A stretch of 64,000 nt of DNA from Podarcis liolepis (taxonomy: Eukaryota), in NCBI GenBank assembly GCA_965112155.1, contig OZ218108.1; one strand, written 5' to 3'. Position 1 is the stretch's first letter, and each line of letters opens with the position of its first letter. The notes beneath the pieces were generated by a model, which saw only the letters and a list, made by a program, of their open reading frames with translations, was not told the origin of the DNA and ran no database searches. The translations under genes were made by a program, and so were the position numbers. Below are positions 36,030 to 48,672 of this stretch, one piece after another.

Positions 36030-36900
36030 AGCAGGCCACCTCCCCACATACTTTCACCGCCCTCTTTTGAACCTCCGCCTCTCTTTCCGCCAACCCATCT
36101 CCCTTTCACCCTTCCATTTTAATCAGGTGCTGACGCAGCTTTCTACGTCACTTCCGGGGTGGCCATTTTGGAGGCCTTTGCGCCCAATCGGCTTGCTCCG
36201 TGTTCGGGAGGAGGGGCGGGCACTTCGTGCCGGATCTACCTGCGCTGACATCGGCGGGGGAGGGGGGGAGCCACACGAAGCAGCCTGTGGGGCGCTCGGC
36301 CGGAGTCGCTGTCCGCCGCCGCCGCCATCCGCGCATCGCAGCGCCCGACAGACCCCCCTCCCCGCGCCATGTCGGACTTCGACAGCAACCCTTTCGCCGA
36401 CCCGGACCTCAACAACCCTTTCAAGGTAAGAGCGGCGGGGAGGCGGCGGCGACGCTTCGGGCCGAGAAGCCGGGCGTGTCGCGTTGACGCGGGTTCGGTG
36501 GCGGGGAGGCCCGTGGGCTAAGGTATTCCCCCCCAGTCCCGTGAATGGACCTGCAAGGTCCTCCCCCTCGCCGCGGAGGCCTCGTCTCCGGCGTGCCCCA
36601 CCCCCCTCCCCCTGGACCCGCCGCGTTTGCCGGGGAGACTGAGGCGCCTCTTTTGTGCTGGGAACGGGAGGGCGAGTCCTCCTCCTCTCGGCTCTTCTGT
36701 GCTCCCGCTCCGGGCCTCCCTTGTTTTCCCTGCGGGAGGAAAGGGCTCCCCGTTAAGGGTCTCCCGGGTCCGCCGCTCTGGTGGCCAGGTGGGCGGAAGG
36801 TAGGAGGGGCGGGTGGCTCTGCGTCCCAAGAGGGACGGCGACCGGCGATGCGCTCTGCCTCAGACCTGGCCAATAGATGCTGCCGGTAACAGCATCTTCC
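36030..36900 (+). promoter_or_regulatory. SCAMP1 CpG-island promoter
   Basis: CpG-rich; acgtcacttccgg ETS-CRE composite (36145-36157), YY1-like ggccattttg (36161-36170), CCAAT (36184-36188), GC box (36213-36220). Confidence 0.8.
36369..36425 (+). CDS. SCAMP1: Secretory carrier membrane protein 1, exon 1 (MSDFDSNPFADPDLNNPFK)
   Basis: gccATG Kozak context, two NPF motifs, AAG|GTAAG donor; identical to the recalled mammalian N-terminus. Confidence 0.97.
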
Positions 36901-37741
36901 TCTCCGATCTCTTATCTGGCCACACACGGTCCGTAATGGAAAATAATTCCTAGTCGCTTTCAAAGCTGCCAATAGGTTCCTAAAAGGGATGCTAGGACTG
37001 AAGGTCTTCCAAGAGGCGATCATCTCCTTTGCCTGCCACCTGTTAATGTTCTGTAGAGAAGGCTTTGCTTTAAATTTTGTTTTTTAGCTGCCGTTGCAAT
37101 TCCTTGCTGCTGAAAAGGTCTGAAGTCAGGATGTGAGGTCTGACACCGACTGGTTTGGTTTGAACTAGGATTGAAGAAGGCTGGAGTAATCGTCTGAGCT
37201 TAGTTTCAGTGTGTCTTGGGATCTCTTTTGAGCAGTGTCTGTATTCAGCTTATTGATGTAATATCTGGAGTAAAGTAGATGTACATGTGGACTTTAATTG
37301 TGGATGGTGAGCAAACAGTTTTTATGGGATCTGGTGGAATTCCCTCCCCAAAGGCTTTTGAAATAGAAACTTCAAAATATTTTTTCCTTACTAACTTTGA
37401 AAGCATGCTTTCTTCTTTAGACAATCATAAACTTAATCAATCCAGCCCTAGTATAGCACAGAACACCTTAGCAGAGTTAACCTATGTAGAATTTTGAAGT
37501 TTAAAGGCAGAGCTGTGAAGTCCACTTTCAAAATAAATTCAATGCATGGTTGCTATTATGTTGGTTCTAAAACATGATTCTCCACCAACCTAAATAAATC
37601 TAATATTTAAAAAAACAAGTCCAATTGTTATGGTTCTTTCCGCACATTTGGTGAGGCTTGTAAAAATTCTCCCGTGAACTCACAACCTCTAAATTACAAT
37701 TCTCAGAGTTGCCTGGGAAGAGGGAGTAACTATTAAATCGG

Positions 37742-37743
<2 letters not shown>

Positions 37744-37784
<41 letters not shown>

Positions 37785-38220
37785 TTTATTTATATCCCGC
37801 CCTCCCCAGCCGAAGCCGGGCTCAGGGCGGCTAACAACAATAATCACACAATTAAAAATATTTCATTATAAAAATTAATTAAAATCAGATTGATGGCAAC
37901 CGATTAAGCAAAATTCTGTGCAGGTTGCCAGAGGAGGGAGTCAGGCTGCGCCCTGACCAAAGGCCTGGCGGAACAACTCTGTCTTGCAGGCCCTGCGGAA
38001 AGATGTCAGGTCCCGCATGGCCCTAGTCTCTTGTGACAGAGCATTCCACCAGATTGGAGCCGCAGCTGAGAAGGCCCTGGCTCTAGTTGAGGCCAGCCTA
38101 ACCTCTCTGAGGCCTGGGACCCTGAGGATGTTATTTTTGCAGACCGTAGGTTTCTCTGTGGGGCATACCAGGAGAGGCGGTCCCGTAGGTACGAGGGTCC
38201 TAGGCCGTATAGGGCCGTTA
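37744..38220 (-). mobile_element. L2-like LINE 3' end with (TAA)n tail
   Basis: (taa)~13 at 37744-37782; minus-strand LYGLGPSYLRDRLSWYAPQRNLRS is typical of an L2-clade RT C-terminus. Confidence 0.75.
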
Positions 38221-38321
38221 AGTCTGTGATGCAGATCATCCTAAAAATCATGACATCTTGATAGCCTAACAATTGTATTATGGTTTGAGTTTTTATAGGC
38301 CAGTAGCCCACATGTTATATA

Positions 38322-38669
38322 GGGACGCGGGTGGCGCTGTGGGTTAAACCACAGAGCCCGGGACTTGCCGATCAGAAGGTCAGCGGTTCGAATCCCTGTG
38401 ACAGGGTGAGCTCCCATTGTTCGGTCCCATCTCCTGCCAACCTAGCAGTTCGAAAGCACGTCAAAGTGCAAGTAGATAAATAGGTACCGCTCTGGCAGGA
38501 AGTTAAATGGTGTTTCCATGCACTTCTCTGGTTCGCCAGAAGCGGCTTAGTCATGCTGGCCACATGACCTGGAAGCTGTACGCCGGCTCCCTCAGCCAAT
38601 AAAGCAAGATGAGCGCCGCAACCCCAGAGTCAGCCACGACTGGACCTAATGGTCAGGGGCTCCTTTACC
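38322..38669 (+). mobile_element. Full-length Sauria SINE
   Basis: gggacgcgggtggcgctgtgggttaaacc head, ..cctttacc end; 13-bp TSD tagcccacatgtt with 5 extra nt (atata) at the 5' junction. Confidence 0.9.
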
Positions 38670-38730
38670 TAGCCCACATGTTTGGATGGCTTTTCTATTG
38701 TGAACTTACTTTCAAGACTGCAGTAGAGAC

Positions 38731-38851
38731 TATGGGTGTAGCCAGGATTTTTGTTGGGGGGGCAGAACCAACGTGATTGGTCAGTTAGTTAAGTATTTCT
38801 ATTGTTTTACTTGATCTTGGAGGGGCAGCTGCCCCCCTGGCTACGCCCATG
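38731..38851. mobile_element. Small hAT-type MITE (family D)
   Basis: TIR tatgggtgtagccagg / cctggctacgcccatg; perfect 8-bp TSD gtagagac. Confidence 0.8.
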
Positions 38852-40247
38852 GTAGAGACTTGTAGGACCAGTGTAAGGCAATGATGGCTAATCCTTGGCT
38901 CTTCAGATGATGCTGGACAAAAACTCGCATTATATCTGAATATTGGGTTCAGGACTGCTACAACATTTGGATGGCTTCAGATTTGCAATCCCTGGTGTGA
39001 TGTGTGATGTGATATTGCTTGATAACTGCGGTTTACGGGATTTAATTCATTCTCAGATTGTGTAATGAGCCTAAGTTGCACGATAACTTTTAAATTCTCA
39101 TTTTCAATGAAAAGGTTTAGGCTTCCTTTATAAAAGTCAAGATAAACAACTCATGAATAGAATCATAGACTCAGAGAACTGTAGAGTTGGAAGAAACTCT
39201 GAAGGTCATTACTCCAAGTTCTCCAAGCCCTTGAATGTGCAAAACAAAGGAATTGCTAAGTATCTAGATGGGTATAATATAGTACAGTTTACTAGAGAGA
39301 GCCCCAGTTCTTCTTGTTGTGCACTGCTTACATTATCAAAAGTCTAGCTGTCAATATTAAATTAGTCAGACGAGACCTCCATCTGCAGGTTTCAAATTCA
39401 ACTACACGTGTAGTTGTATGTTTTAGCATATGTTGTAATGATGATGTTCCTGCAATTTTCACTGAGCAAACTTCTGAGGAGCACGTGCCTTTTGCCTGCA
39501 TTCCCTTTGTGGCAACTTTCTGTTATTTTTCTGCAGTATCCCTCTCCACAGAGGTGCATCCAGCATCTTGGTCATACAGCTTTCACTGTATGCTGAAGAC
39601 ACACCTTGAAAAGTTAAAATTTATTGTTTTTGGAACCCAGCTCTTTTGCTGAATTTATCATATTTGCTTCTATTTTTGTAGTTTTACTTGTTTTATGGTT
39701 TTATTTGTTTTTGTAATTGTATATTCTATTATTGTGACCTACCTTGAGAACTTACAGTGAAGGGCAAGTAAGAAATATTATAAATAAATAAATTTAGAAG
39801 TTGCTGTTCCCTCTCTGTTCCATCCTTCTGATCTTACAGCGGAAGAAGGCATAATTCACGGAAAGGAGCATACATCCAAATTGTGTTCTTTCTTCCTAGG
39901 CAAAGATAAAAAACTGGTTAAGATTGTTTTCTAATAGGTTATAAGTACGATGTAGATAGTCTATTTTCTGCCATTGAACACCAACAAAATGAAAGTTAAG
40001 ATGGACAGTGCTACCATGATCCCTACAAAATCTAAGTTTTCTTTTTCCATTGAAACTTTTTGTTTCAGCAGAAATCTTTTTACTTTTATATATAAAGTCA
40101 AAAGCTGTGTCTTTTTGATGGAATTCCAAGCTTCATTAAGTACATTGATAAAATATATGTAACTGTTGTTCAAAACACATAAACCACTTCTTTATGTAGT
40201 GTTCATTATACCTTGTCTGCACTAGGTTTTGTTAGATAAGTGTAAAC

Positions 40248-40383
40248 CAGGCTTCCTCAAACTTGGCCCTCCAGATGTTTTGAGACTACAGTTCCCATCA
40301 TCCCTGACCACTGGTCCTGCTAGCTAGGGATCATGGGAGTTGTAGGCCAAAAACATCTGGAGGGCCAAGTTTGAGGAAGCCTG
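40248..40383. mobile_element. Palindromic hAT MITE family B
   Basis: TIR caggcttcctcaaacttggccctccagatgtttt; TSD (g/a)tgtaaac. Confidence 0.88.
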
Positions 40384-40808
40384 ATGTAAACCCCTCAGTC
40401 ATCTGAACGAACGGTTCTACCAGCCAAATTTGGTCTCCATTAATTAAACCTAAAGCTGTGTTTAAAATTGATTGCAAGTAGATTTTAAATGAAGGGTTGT
40501 TTTTTTCATTGAAGCTTTCCTGCCTGCTGCATGCATCATCTTGGTTTAATGATTTGGGAAAATGCTTACTTAATGTTCAAGCTTTATATTTCATTTCTGT
40601 TTACAAGTTTTATTGAATGCTTATGTGATACCGAAGCTATAGTGTATCCTCCATGATGGTTGTTAGGGATATAATCCTGAACCAACTTACTGTGAACCTA
40701 AGTCTTATTGAATTCAACAGACACTCTAGTCAGACTTAAATAGGACTTATTTCTGAGTAGATATGGTTTAGACTGTGCTGCAAAACTCTCATTGCTAGAT
40801 ACTGTGTT

Positions 40809-41459
40809 GTTGTTGTTTAGTCGTGTCCGACTCTTCATGACCCCATGGACCAGCGCACGCCAGGCACTCCTGTCTTCCACTGCCTCCCGCAGTTTGGTCA
40901 GACTCAAGTTTGGGGCTTCGAGAACACTGTCCAACCATCTTGTCCTCTGTCGTCCCCTTCTTCTTGTGCCCTCCATCTTTCCCAACATCAGGGTCTTTTC
41001 CAGGGAGTCTTCTCTTCTCATGAGGTGGCCAAAGTACTGGAGCCTCAGCTTCACAATCTGTCCTTCCAGTGAGCACTCAGGGCTGATTTCCTTCAGAATG
41101 GATAGGTTTGATCTTCTTGCAGTCCATGGGACTCTCAAGAGTCTCCTCCAGCACCATAATTCAAAAGCATCAATTCTTCGGCAATCAGCCTTCTTGATGG
41201 TCCAGCTCTCACTTCCATACATCACTACTGGGAAAACCATGGCTTTAACTATACGTACCTTTGTTGGCAAGGTGATGTCTCTGCTTTTTAAGATGCTGTC
41301 TAGGTTTGCCATCGCCTTTCTCACAAGGAGCAGGCGTCTTTTAATTTCGTGACTGCTGTCACCATCTGCAGTAATCATGGAGCCCAAGAAAGTAAAATCT
41401 CTCACTGCCTCCATTTCTTCCCCTTCTATTTGCCAGGAGGTGATGGGACCAGTGGCCAT
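40809..41459 (-). mobile_element. 5'-truncated RTE-BovB LINE (RT C-terminus, open frame)
   Basis: ORF 40698-41459 (FTFLGSMI..KAMVFPVVMYGSESWTIKKA..YFGHLMRR); (caa)n tail; 11-bp TSD gatactgtgtt at 40798-40808 and 41460-41470. Confidence 0.92.
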
Positions 41460-44400
41460 GATACTGTGTTACACTTCATTAAAGGATAAACCAATTGTGC
41501 CTGTACAGTACAGGTATGGGAATACTAAATGAAGCTTTAATAATGCCTAAGAGGTGTTAACCTCACACTTGTTTTTCCAATCAGGGTTGATCTTAAAATT
41601 CTAAACAGCACATCATTTGCTGTGCTGGATTCGTGGCAGAGTTCTGTGCCTTATGAACATGCCCAAATATGCTTCCAAGCAATTACTGTTTTTAACAGCC
41701 GTAGCTATGGGGCTGCATCTATTAACAGCTACAGTATCCAAGTTTATGGGACTGAACCAAACTGTTTTAAGCCATTAAAATAATCTTTGCTACTTGACAG
41801 AGTGGGCTGATAGCTTGGGTACACAATTATAATTAATTTGTAGCTTAGTTCACAACTGTTAGCATTTTTGGATATTTTGCTTAAATTTAGCTTTAAGATG
41901 AAGAAAAAAATAAATTACAAGGACTGTTGAAGCCTGAGAAGCAGATTTAGCAAGCCAAAGGGAAGAAGTTACATGAATCAAAGTTTTATTGATTTTGCAT
42001 ATTACCACCTTATTTAGTTACATTTATTATGGTTTAACTCGCTTAGATATGTACATGGTAAGCACAATGGTATCTGATTCCCCTGTATGCTCCTATTCTG
42101 TTTTGTGTTGAAATTGCCATAGCTATGTCAGTAAAAATAATTCATTCAATTCATTTCTAAATTCATCATTTTAAGATTATAAAACTCCAAAAGAAAATTA
42201 TCTTCAAAGAGCATTTTGGGCTTGGAAATAGCCATTTGTTTAGTGTATAAATTGCCTGCAGGAGACCAGAAGAAAGACACTTGTGTGCATTCAGTTCCTT
42301 TATGTTACCAAACACCATTTGAAATTATGTGCCTTGACTTACTAGATTTACCTTGGAGTGAAATGGGCAAAAAGTAAAATGCAATGAAGCTAGTTCCTGC
42401 CTTATTTTATTTTCATCTAGGGAGAAACAGAACACAAGGGACACAATAGTTTGGATTGCATTAATAACTTCATCTAGCTCCTAGGCATGCAATTCCTCCT
42501 TAGGACTTTGATTTCCTTCTTGAATGTAGGCTATGACGGGCCTTTTAATCAGGAGTGTAAACCATGAGTTGGTTTGCCTTGAAACTAGAAGAAGAAACAA
42601 CAACCTATGGTTTGCCAAGAAATAGTGCAGCCAACTGCACTGCAGTTGCCTTGGCTAATGGAGCGAAGCTAGCTGGCAGACTGTTCTTGCACTGACTGTC
42701 TCTGGTAAACAAGGAAGGAGAATGTGATGCTAAGGATATATGACTGCAGGTTACAGTTCTTTCATTTCCCCATCTTGAAGACTTTAGATGAGATGTCAGA
42801 AGGGGGAAAAGGAACAGCTGCTAATTGCACTGCATTGTGGGAAAATGACACATTCTGGATATCAATTCTCCTTCCTGGCTCTTCCTTATCTTGTCAGAGC
42901 TGTGGAAGGATGTGTGGTGTATTTGTGTGGTGTGTAATAGCAGCTCCCTCACTGACAGCTCAGGTGAACTAATCTGGGTGGATGCCCTCTGCACCGCCGA
43001 GTATTTTGCAAAAATGCACGTCCCCGCCCCGCCCCCCCCGGTAAAATGGGGTCTAATGCAGTCTTCCTTCAGGTAATGCTGTCCCATTTCACTTGCCATG
43101 GAAGAATAGAGTACAGTGGAAATTAGAATCCCCAGTGTAAGCTATAATGTCTATTCAACTTTCTAAGCTAGCCTGCCATGTCAGGTTTGGCTTTGAATGA
43201 AACACTTAATGCAAGCTCCGTATTTCTAGCAGATAAAACTAATTGAATTGCAAGTTAGTGCAGAAGTCAAGTTAATTACAAGATGGAATGTGAAAAAGAA
43301 TTGAAGCTTCCAAAGGAAGCTTCCTGGGATGGGACTGCACTGAAGAGTTGGCAGTCCACATGGTCTGTTGCAGTGTAAAAGCACCTAGTGCTTGGCTGGC
43401 ACTAAAAACTTTTTAAGTACCAGCAGCTGTAGATCTTGATTCCTACACATCTGGGTTAGTGTTACAATATGCAGACAGTTCTGTTACTTCAGAGTTGCAC
43501 TGGGATTTGCTTCCAATTTTGTGTGTGTGTAGAATGCACTTCTATGTTCTTTAAATTTGTTATGGCAGATTTTTAAAGAAGTAGGAGGAGAGGATGGGAC
43601 GTGTTTTTCAGATTATTTGAAAGTAGTAGTTTTTGGGCTTTGTGTTAATTTCAAGAGAACAATAATTCACAAATGGATCACTTCAGTGTTGAAATGCATC
43701 TTCGGAGTTCTGGCCAAATTCCAAAGCATCAAAACCAGCTTAAGAAAATCTTTTGTCTTTGTACTCTAAAAATAACACTGAAGACTGCTATGTTTTCATG
43801 GTGACTGTAATCAATGTCAAAACCCTTCCTCTTAGGGTAGCTCTTGAAGTCCTTAGAATATGCAATTGGAAGTGTCTAGGAGCCATTTTGCATGCTATAA
43901 GGAAGCAGTAATAGAGAATGCATGAGTAAAGCTGGTTCATGTTATTTCACAAGGAGCTGTTATACACAATACCTGGAAGCATGGCAGGGAAGCATGGATC
44001 ACTTGTGCCTCTTTTTTCCTTGCATGGTGAAGCAGTCCTAAGTCAGTGTCATAAGTATTTCTGCCAACCAAAACTAGATGAGTTTAAAAGCTTCCTTGCT
44101 TTCACCCAAAGGTGGCTTTGCAAAGCACTTTGCAGGGGAAAGTCATAAGAATTTCATTACTGAAGCTTGAAGATCTCTTATTTAGCACAGTATAAGAATA
44201 AGTTCCTCCTAGTCACTTTTCCAGAGGTTATTTTCTTGCACAAACAATGGATATACTAGAGCGTTTAAAAATAGTCTAGTATGTGTTGCATGTTTTATGG
44301 TTGTTGTTTTTTTCAAATTGGCAGATGTTTTGAACACCACTGCCATAAGAAGGCAGTGTGGGGTAGTGGCAAATGTTTTGCACTCAAAGGTAGGAAATTT

Positions 44401-45333
44401 AGGTTAATGAAACTCACTGGGTGTCCTTGGTGAAGTTGTTGTGCTTGGCTAATTTGGCAATTGCTGCAACCCTTGGGTGGATGGAAAATTCCTTATAGAA
44501 GGAATTTATAAGGACTAAATTGGCAGTAGGGGGAGGGGTTGAATTAATTCAGTTTATCCCTGTCACATATGCATCTCTCTGTGTGGAGAGATGGCATTGG
44601 CTGTGTCTTCCCTCTAAATGTCAAAACTGGTGGGGTTGTATGTGTGCTGCGCACAGTGTTAGAAAGTGAAATAGGAAAGCTAGGAGCTTATACCTGGGTT
44701 ATGGGTGCAGTAACAGAATGTCTAGATGCATTTTTTTATAATGATAATAGAAAGCTGAAAATGAATGAACTGCAGCTAAAATATTACGTTCATTTTTCAC
44801 ATGGTCTAGTCCTTCCCCTGCCCACCCCCCTTATATTCTTCAGAGGGTCTCTTCTCCAGTCTTCAGAGATTAGCTGGAAGTGGGGAGGCAGACAAAGGTC
44901 CTCCTTTCCTTCCACTCCGCAGTTTTAATCTGAAACTTTAGGCACGGTACTGGGCCGATAGCTCAAAAACTGCTCATGCTAATGAAATTCCCTGTCACAA
45001 AATGCACCTAGAACAGTGGGAATTTTGAACACTGGTGGCTGCCAGAGAACACTGAAAGCAGAAAGTAGCGGATAAGCATGCTTCAGCTGATGGGCTTGGG
45101 TTAGGCTAGGGTGGTCTAACTTAGCCCAAGAGCTGCATGTGGCTCTCAACACCTTTTTTGACAACCCTCAGCAGCATTTGACACCCCACTCTTTCCCAAA
45201 ACCAGGTAAGGGAGGTGCTGGGTTTTGGAAGCAGGCATGATGGTTCTTACAGGGTCCTAGAGTCCTCCTCTCTCCTTCCCAAATCCTAGTTAGCTCTTTC
45301 CCAGCTTTGAAAAGGAGATGGGAGGACTCTAAT

Positions 45334-45432
45334 AAGGTTACCAGATGTCCCTGTTTCCCGGGGACAGTCCCCGGATTCACAAATCAGTCCCCTGACAAAA
45401 TCCATTGACGTTGAAAAAAATCTGGTAACCTT
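45334..45432. mobile_element. Small hAT (Blackjack/Ac-like) MITE
   Basis: TIR aaggttaccagat / atctggtaacctt with internal gtccc motifs; TSD not clean. Confidence 0.55.
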
Positions 45433-45639
45433 CCTCTAGGACCCTGCCAGAGCCTTGCGCCTCCTTCCCAAAGCCCTGGTGCCTCACTTAGCCAGCTTTG
45501 GGAAAGCAGTTCAAGGGCTGCAGGGGGTGGGAGCTCAAATTTTGGCCTCATCCCCCCCCCCTCACCCTCAGGCCACCAATACTCTTGCAGCCCACTTGCT
45601 GTGAAGAGTTGGGCTGCCCTGGGTTAGGCATAATGGAAG

Positions 45640-46050
45640 TAGTAGTAGTAGTAATAATAATTAATAATAATAATAATTTAGCCACTCTGGGCAGCTTCCA
45701 GCATATATAAAAACATAGGAAAACATTAAACCTTTAAAAGCTTACCTATACTGTACAGTGCTGCCTGCAAATGTTTCCTAAATGTTATATAATTACTCAT
45801 CTCCTTAACACCTGATGGGAGGGCATTCCACAGGGTGGGCAGCTCTACTGAGAAGGCCATCTGCCTGGTTCCCTGTAGCTTGACTTCTCGCAGTGTGGGG
45901 ACCACCAGAAGGCCCTCAGACCTGGATCTCAGTATCCAGGCTGAACAATGGGGGTGTAGACGCTCATTCAGGTAGACAGGGCCGAGGCTGTTTAGCACCA
46001 ACACTTTGAATTGTGCTCAGAAATGTATGGGAGCCAATGTGGTTTAAGTT
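45640..46050 (-). mobile_element. L2-like LINE 3' fragment
   Basis: LGPVYLNERL..RQMAFSVELPTLWNALP with a (taa/tag)n tail; close relative at 60838-61205. Confidence 0.75.
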
Positions 46051-46810
46051 TAACTTCAGCTTATGGGGTAAAAGGAGGGAGGAGTTTGCATAGTGGATAT
46101 GCACATTCAGGTATTCTTCCTCTGAGCCAGGTCCACATATCTCACCCCATTTTCTTTTAGCCTGCAGTGGACTATATGGGGTGTCACTTAAAAATGGCTT
46201 TGAAGTATATGAGCTCTGCTTCCGTGTGTGTGGATGGGTGGGTGTGGGTCCCCAGTGGTTGAGTGCTAAAAACTCTGATCTGTATACATTCTTAGAATTT
46301 GACGGATTCATGCCCTATATGAAGATAACATTGTGCTGTCTCCTACATTTCATATTTTGCACAGTGTAATGATGGCTATTGTGACAGGCAGGAGCCCAGT
46401 ATGCTTTGGCAGGAGAAAATATGCTTATTCATTGCCTCCAAAATTTCATTGGATATGTTTTATATTTCAGTTTCTCAGTGACAGTGTGCAGCTGAAAATT
46501 GAGCTCACATTTATATGCTCAGGAGGAGCAGCATTCCTCATAAATCAGCTGTGTGACAGATGGGGCATCTCACAAATCATGTTAATCTAGATTTGTAAGA
46601 AGATCAGGGTGAAATGAGGTGACCTACAGAATAGGAAGAATGAAAACATGAATGAGTTTCTATTTCTACATCAAATAAAGGCAGGTCTAAAAGTGAAAAT
46701 ATTGTCATATTGGGAAAATAACTATTTTTCTGTTTATTACTAACATTTGTTACAAGCTTCTAGCACTGTTATTTTTTAAAGCAAGGTATCATACTTCTCT
46801 CTCTGTTTAG

Positions 46811-46888
46811 GATCCTTCAGTTACACAAGTGACGAGAAATGTTCCTCCAGGATTAGATGAATACAACCCTTTCTCAGATTCAAGAACA
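46811..46888 (+). CDS. SCAMP1: SCAMP1 exon 2 ([26 protein letters not shown])
   Basis: 78 nt, TAG| acceptor and |GTAAG donor; third NPF motif. Confidence 0.97.
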
Positions 46889-46995
46889 GTAAGCATCCTT
46901 CTTAATATCAAATAAACCTTTCTCATGTGGAAATCTATGTGACACTTCAGTTTCTTTATAAACTTACAAATTAAGCTTGTGTATGTTATGACCAA

Positions 46996-47344
46996 GGGAC
47001 GCGGGTGGCACTGTGGGTTAAACCACTGAACCTAGGGCTTGCTGATCAGAAGGTCGGCGGTTCGAATCCCCGCGACGGGGTGAGCTCCCATTGCTTGGTC
47101 CCTGCTCCTGCCAACCTAGCAGTTTGAAAGCACATCAAAGTGCAAGTAGATAAATAGGTACCGCTCCGGCGGGAAGGTAAACGGTGTTTCCATTTGCTGC
47201 TCTGGTTCACCAGAAGCAGCTTAGTCATGCTGGCCACATGACCTGGAAACTGTACGCCGGCTCCCTTGGCCAGTATAGCGAGAGCCGCAACCCCAGAGTC
47301 ATCTGTGAGTGGACCTAACGGTCAGGGGTCCCTTTACCTTTACC
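46996..47344 (+). mobile_element. Full-length Sauria SINE
   Basis: Canonical head and (accttt)n tail; 13-bp TSD tatgttatgacca at 46982-46994 and 47345-47357. Confidence 0.9.
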
Positions 47345-48185
47345 TATGTTATGACCAGTCATTTTTATAGTAGCCTGTTGAAGGAAACTCTAAAGATGCC
47401 ATTCTTAAAAATTATGGCATTCTACAAGTATCAGTTTTCTCTCATAGTGAACAGAGGAGATTGAGGGCTGGTGGGATTGAAGCCCAAACTGGTGCACTGA
47501 GATAAAAGAAGGGAAGAATTAACATGGCCGGCACTCCAGTGATGATTTTTAGTAATTGCTGAGTGGTTGGTTGGTGTGTGTATGTGAGAGCAAAAATGTG
47601 CATGCTTTGCCCTCCATTGTGCTGTGGTGTGTTGGGGAGTGTCCCATGTTCTTTTAAAAGTGCTTTGTTCTTCTACATACCTTGGCACATAATGTGGCTG
47701 AGGATTACATGTAGCTTAAACTGGAAGTATAAAAATTACATCTTATTTTTCTGTTGAATACATAAGGGGGGAAATCTGGCAGTAAAAGGTGCACCTAAGA
47801 TTAAATGAGACAGAAAATGCTTTTAAGAGCACATGAAAAGGTAAAGGCAAAGAGACTGAAACGGCTATAGATATTTTCATCACTCACTGTATCTAAATAA
47901 CTTACTTGTAGCTGCTTGATGCCCTGTAGGCTGCTGGCTCTTTGGGGAACGTCCCATTTCATTTATATTCGGCTGATGTTTCTAAGAGGTGGGTGTGAGA
48001 TGTAAGCAAGAACTTCTCCCCCCTGAGTGATTTATTGGCGCAGTCTGCCGAGAAACTGTGTGGGAATGGAACAGGGACCGGAGATAAACCAAATCCTATG
48101 TCAGTGGAAAGGGAAATTAAATGAGAGAGAATGTTCAGTTCTGTGGGCAGCTGAGTGATTGTGAAGAAGTAACTTTTCTTTCATG

Positions 48186-48248
48186 ATGTTAAGATGCCTC
48201 TTCTAGTCATTCATGAAAAGCTAATGACTAGAAGAGGCATCTTAACAT
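48186..48248. repeat. Perfect 26-bp inverted repeat with 11-nt loop
   Basis: atgttaagatgcctcttctagtcatt / aatgactagaagaggcatcttaacat. Confidence 0.92.
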
Positions 48249-48536
48249 TGCTATTCTTAAAATATTCCATTCCCTTTCACAATTTTCATTATGTTATTAC
48301 AGTCCTGTCCTGGGACAGAGATCAGATTTTTTTAAAGTGTCAGCTTCCATGTGTGTGTAAGTAAACCTGCCCTAAGAAAGGGACAACATGAAATAAAAGT
48401 GCAAGTCCGGAAGCCAAAGGGTAGCATACACAATGCATCTCTTCCAATTTATTAATCATAGCAACCCTGCGACTAACCCAAGCCCATCTAATGAGCTTCA
48501 TGGCCGAGTAAGATTTTGAATGTGCTTACCCTAGTC

Positions 48537-48672
48537 CAAGCGTGGCCAAACTTGGCCCTCCAGCTGTTTTGGGACTACAACTCCTATCATCCCTAGCTAA
48601 CAGGACCAGTCGTCAGGGATGATGGGAATTGTTGTCCCAAAACAGCTGGAGGGCCAAGTTTGGCTATGCCTG
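48537..48672. mobile_element. Palindromic hAT MITE family B nested in an old minus-strand SINE (about 48440-48710)
   Basis: Inverted arms; TSD ccct(a/g)gtc; the flanks join into a CORE-SINE-like sequence ending ..ctacaccactg. Confidence 0.8.

Noticed and set aside
36013-37023. Several 95-200 aa ORFs over the SCAMP1 CpG island
   Set aside because: Low-complexity Pro/Gly/Arg products typical of GC-rich DNA; only 36369-36425 matches a known protein.
40698-41459. 253-aa ORF as a host gene or a new horizontal transfer event
   Set aside because: It is a 5'-truncated BovB copy with a TSD; BovB in squamates is well known and nothing here shows a new transfer.
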